Source: Callorhinchus milii
Lineage: Eukaryota
Assembly: GCF_018977255.1 (NCBI RefSeq)
Contig: NW_024704743.1
Coordinates: forward strand, 35,094,001 to 35,158,000
Direction: 5' to 3'
Length of the DNA stretch: 64,000 nucleotides
In this document: piece after piece, positions 63,363-64,000 of the stretch
How positions within the stretch are numbered: position 1 is the first letter of the stretch
Layout of the letters: each line of letters starts with the position of its first letter
Made by a program: the position numbers and the translations under genes
Notes under the pieces: generated by a model
The model's database searches: none
What the model was told of the DNA's origin: nothing
The model's input: only the letters and a program-made list of their open reading frames with translations

Positions 63363-64000
63363 AACCAGCTTCCTGCCCTAGGAAGCGAGAGCAGTGCAAA
63401 AGCTATTGAAAAAACATTGCTCTTACAACTTCCACAGGCAAGTGGAAGCCGTCACTTAGTTCTGTAACTTCAAAATAAGGACAACAAAATAGAGTAGAAA
63501 GTACAGAGGGTTTTTTCAGGTAAAAGGTTGATAGTCATGTGGAACAAACCACCAACAAAGGTGGTAGAACAAGAAATTATAAGTACTGTAGTTTCAAAAG
63601 GAAATGAACTAGAGAGGGGCTTCTGGTAATTATTAGATAATGAGCAGATGTTTCGATGGAGTTGATGGATTTATCAGCTGAAGTGACTTTTAAAACCTTT
63701 GCTCCAAAGATTGCAGAGTTTCTCAAAGCTAAATTGTTTAGTAATGGGAAGTTTTATTGTGTACTTTATTTCATCGGCCTTCTGTAACATGCTGGTATGA
63801 ATTTCTTTTAGTGCTGAGAGGGGGAAAGGAAATCTATAACAATCAGCCAAAACAGTGCAATAGACCAATACGTAATAGGCACCACGGCCTCTACTCACCA
63901 CATAATAAATTCTTTATGACTTCCCAAAGAGAAACTGCTGGAAACTCTTCACATCACTCTTTATCTATGACTTCCAAAGGTAGCTTATGTAGATAAGATT

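Larger units (their letters stand above)
15571..64000 (-). other. Probable large last intron of LYRM4 (continues beyond window)
   Basis: No LYRM4 upstream exon (RRIRDAFRENK-like) was seen by eye, and no other recognisable host exons. The region is dominated by TE fragments. Confidence 0.65.

Noticed and set aside
1..64000. CRISPR arrays, operons, endogenous viral genes or intact transposases
   Set aside because: None seen. The sequence is vertebrate, and all repeats are explained by TEs or simple repeats.

Overview
Vertebrate genomic DNA, most consistent with a cartilaginous fish. This is inferred from the repeat landscape (abundant L2 LINEs, CR1 LINEs, tRNA-headed Deu-domain SINEs, Penelope-like ends); a chimaera/elephant-shark-like genome is plausible but not provable from the sequence. 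Two genes are supported. (1) An intronless PP1 glycogen-targeting subunit, best matching PPP1R3G (+ strand, ATG 5698 to stop 6567), in a CpG island. (2) The last coding exon and 3' UTR of LYRM4/ISD11 (- strand, 15570-15508), which the ORF track misses. The convergent PPP1R3G/LYRM4 arrangement matches the human one as I recall it. Everything from about 15.6 kb to the end appears to be one large LYRM4 intron filled with transposon relics. I found no convincing wholly new biological system. The best leads are: an out-of-frame ATG 5 nt before the PPP1R3G start; a composite tRNA/CORE-like/Deu SINE whose subfamilies and L2-matched tails can be ordered in time; a degenerate Penelope-type hammerhead ribozyme; a Tigger/pogo-like MITE with an internal hairpin; and an ~105-bp duplication flanking an L2 relic. 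Repeat boundaries were set by eye and are approximate. Family names come from memory, not database searches.
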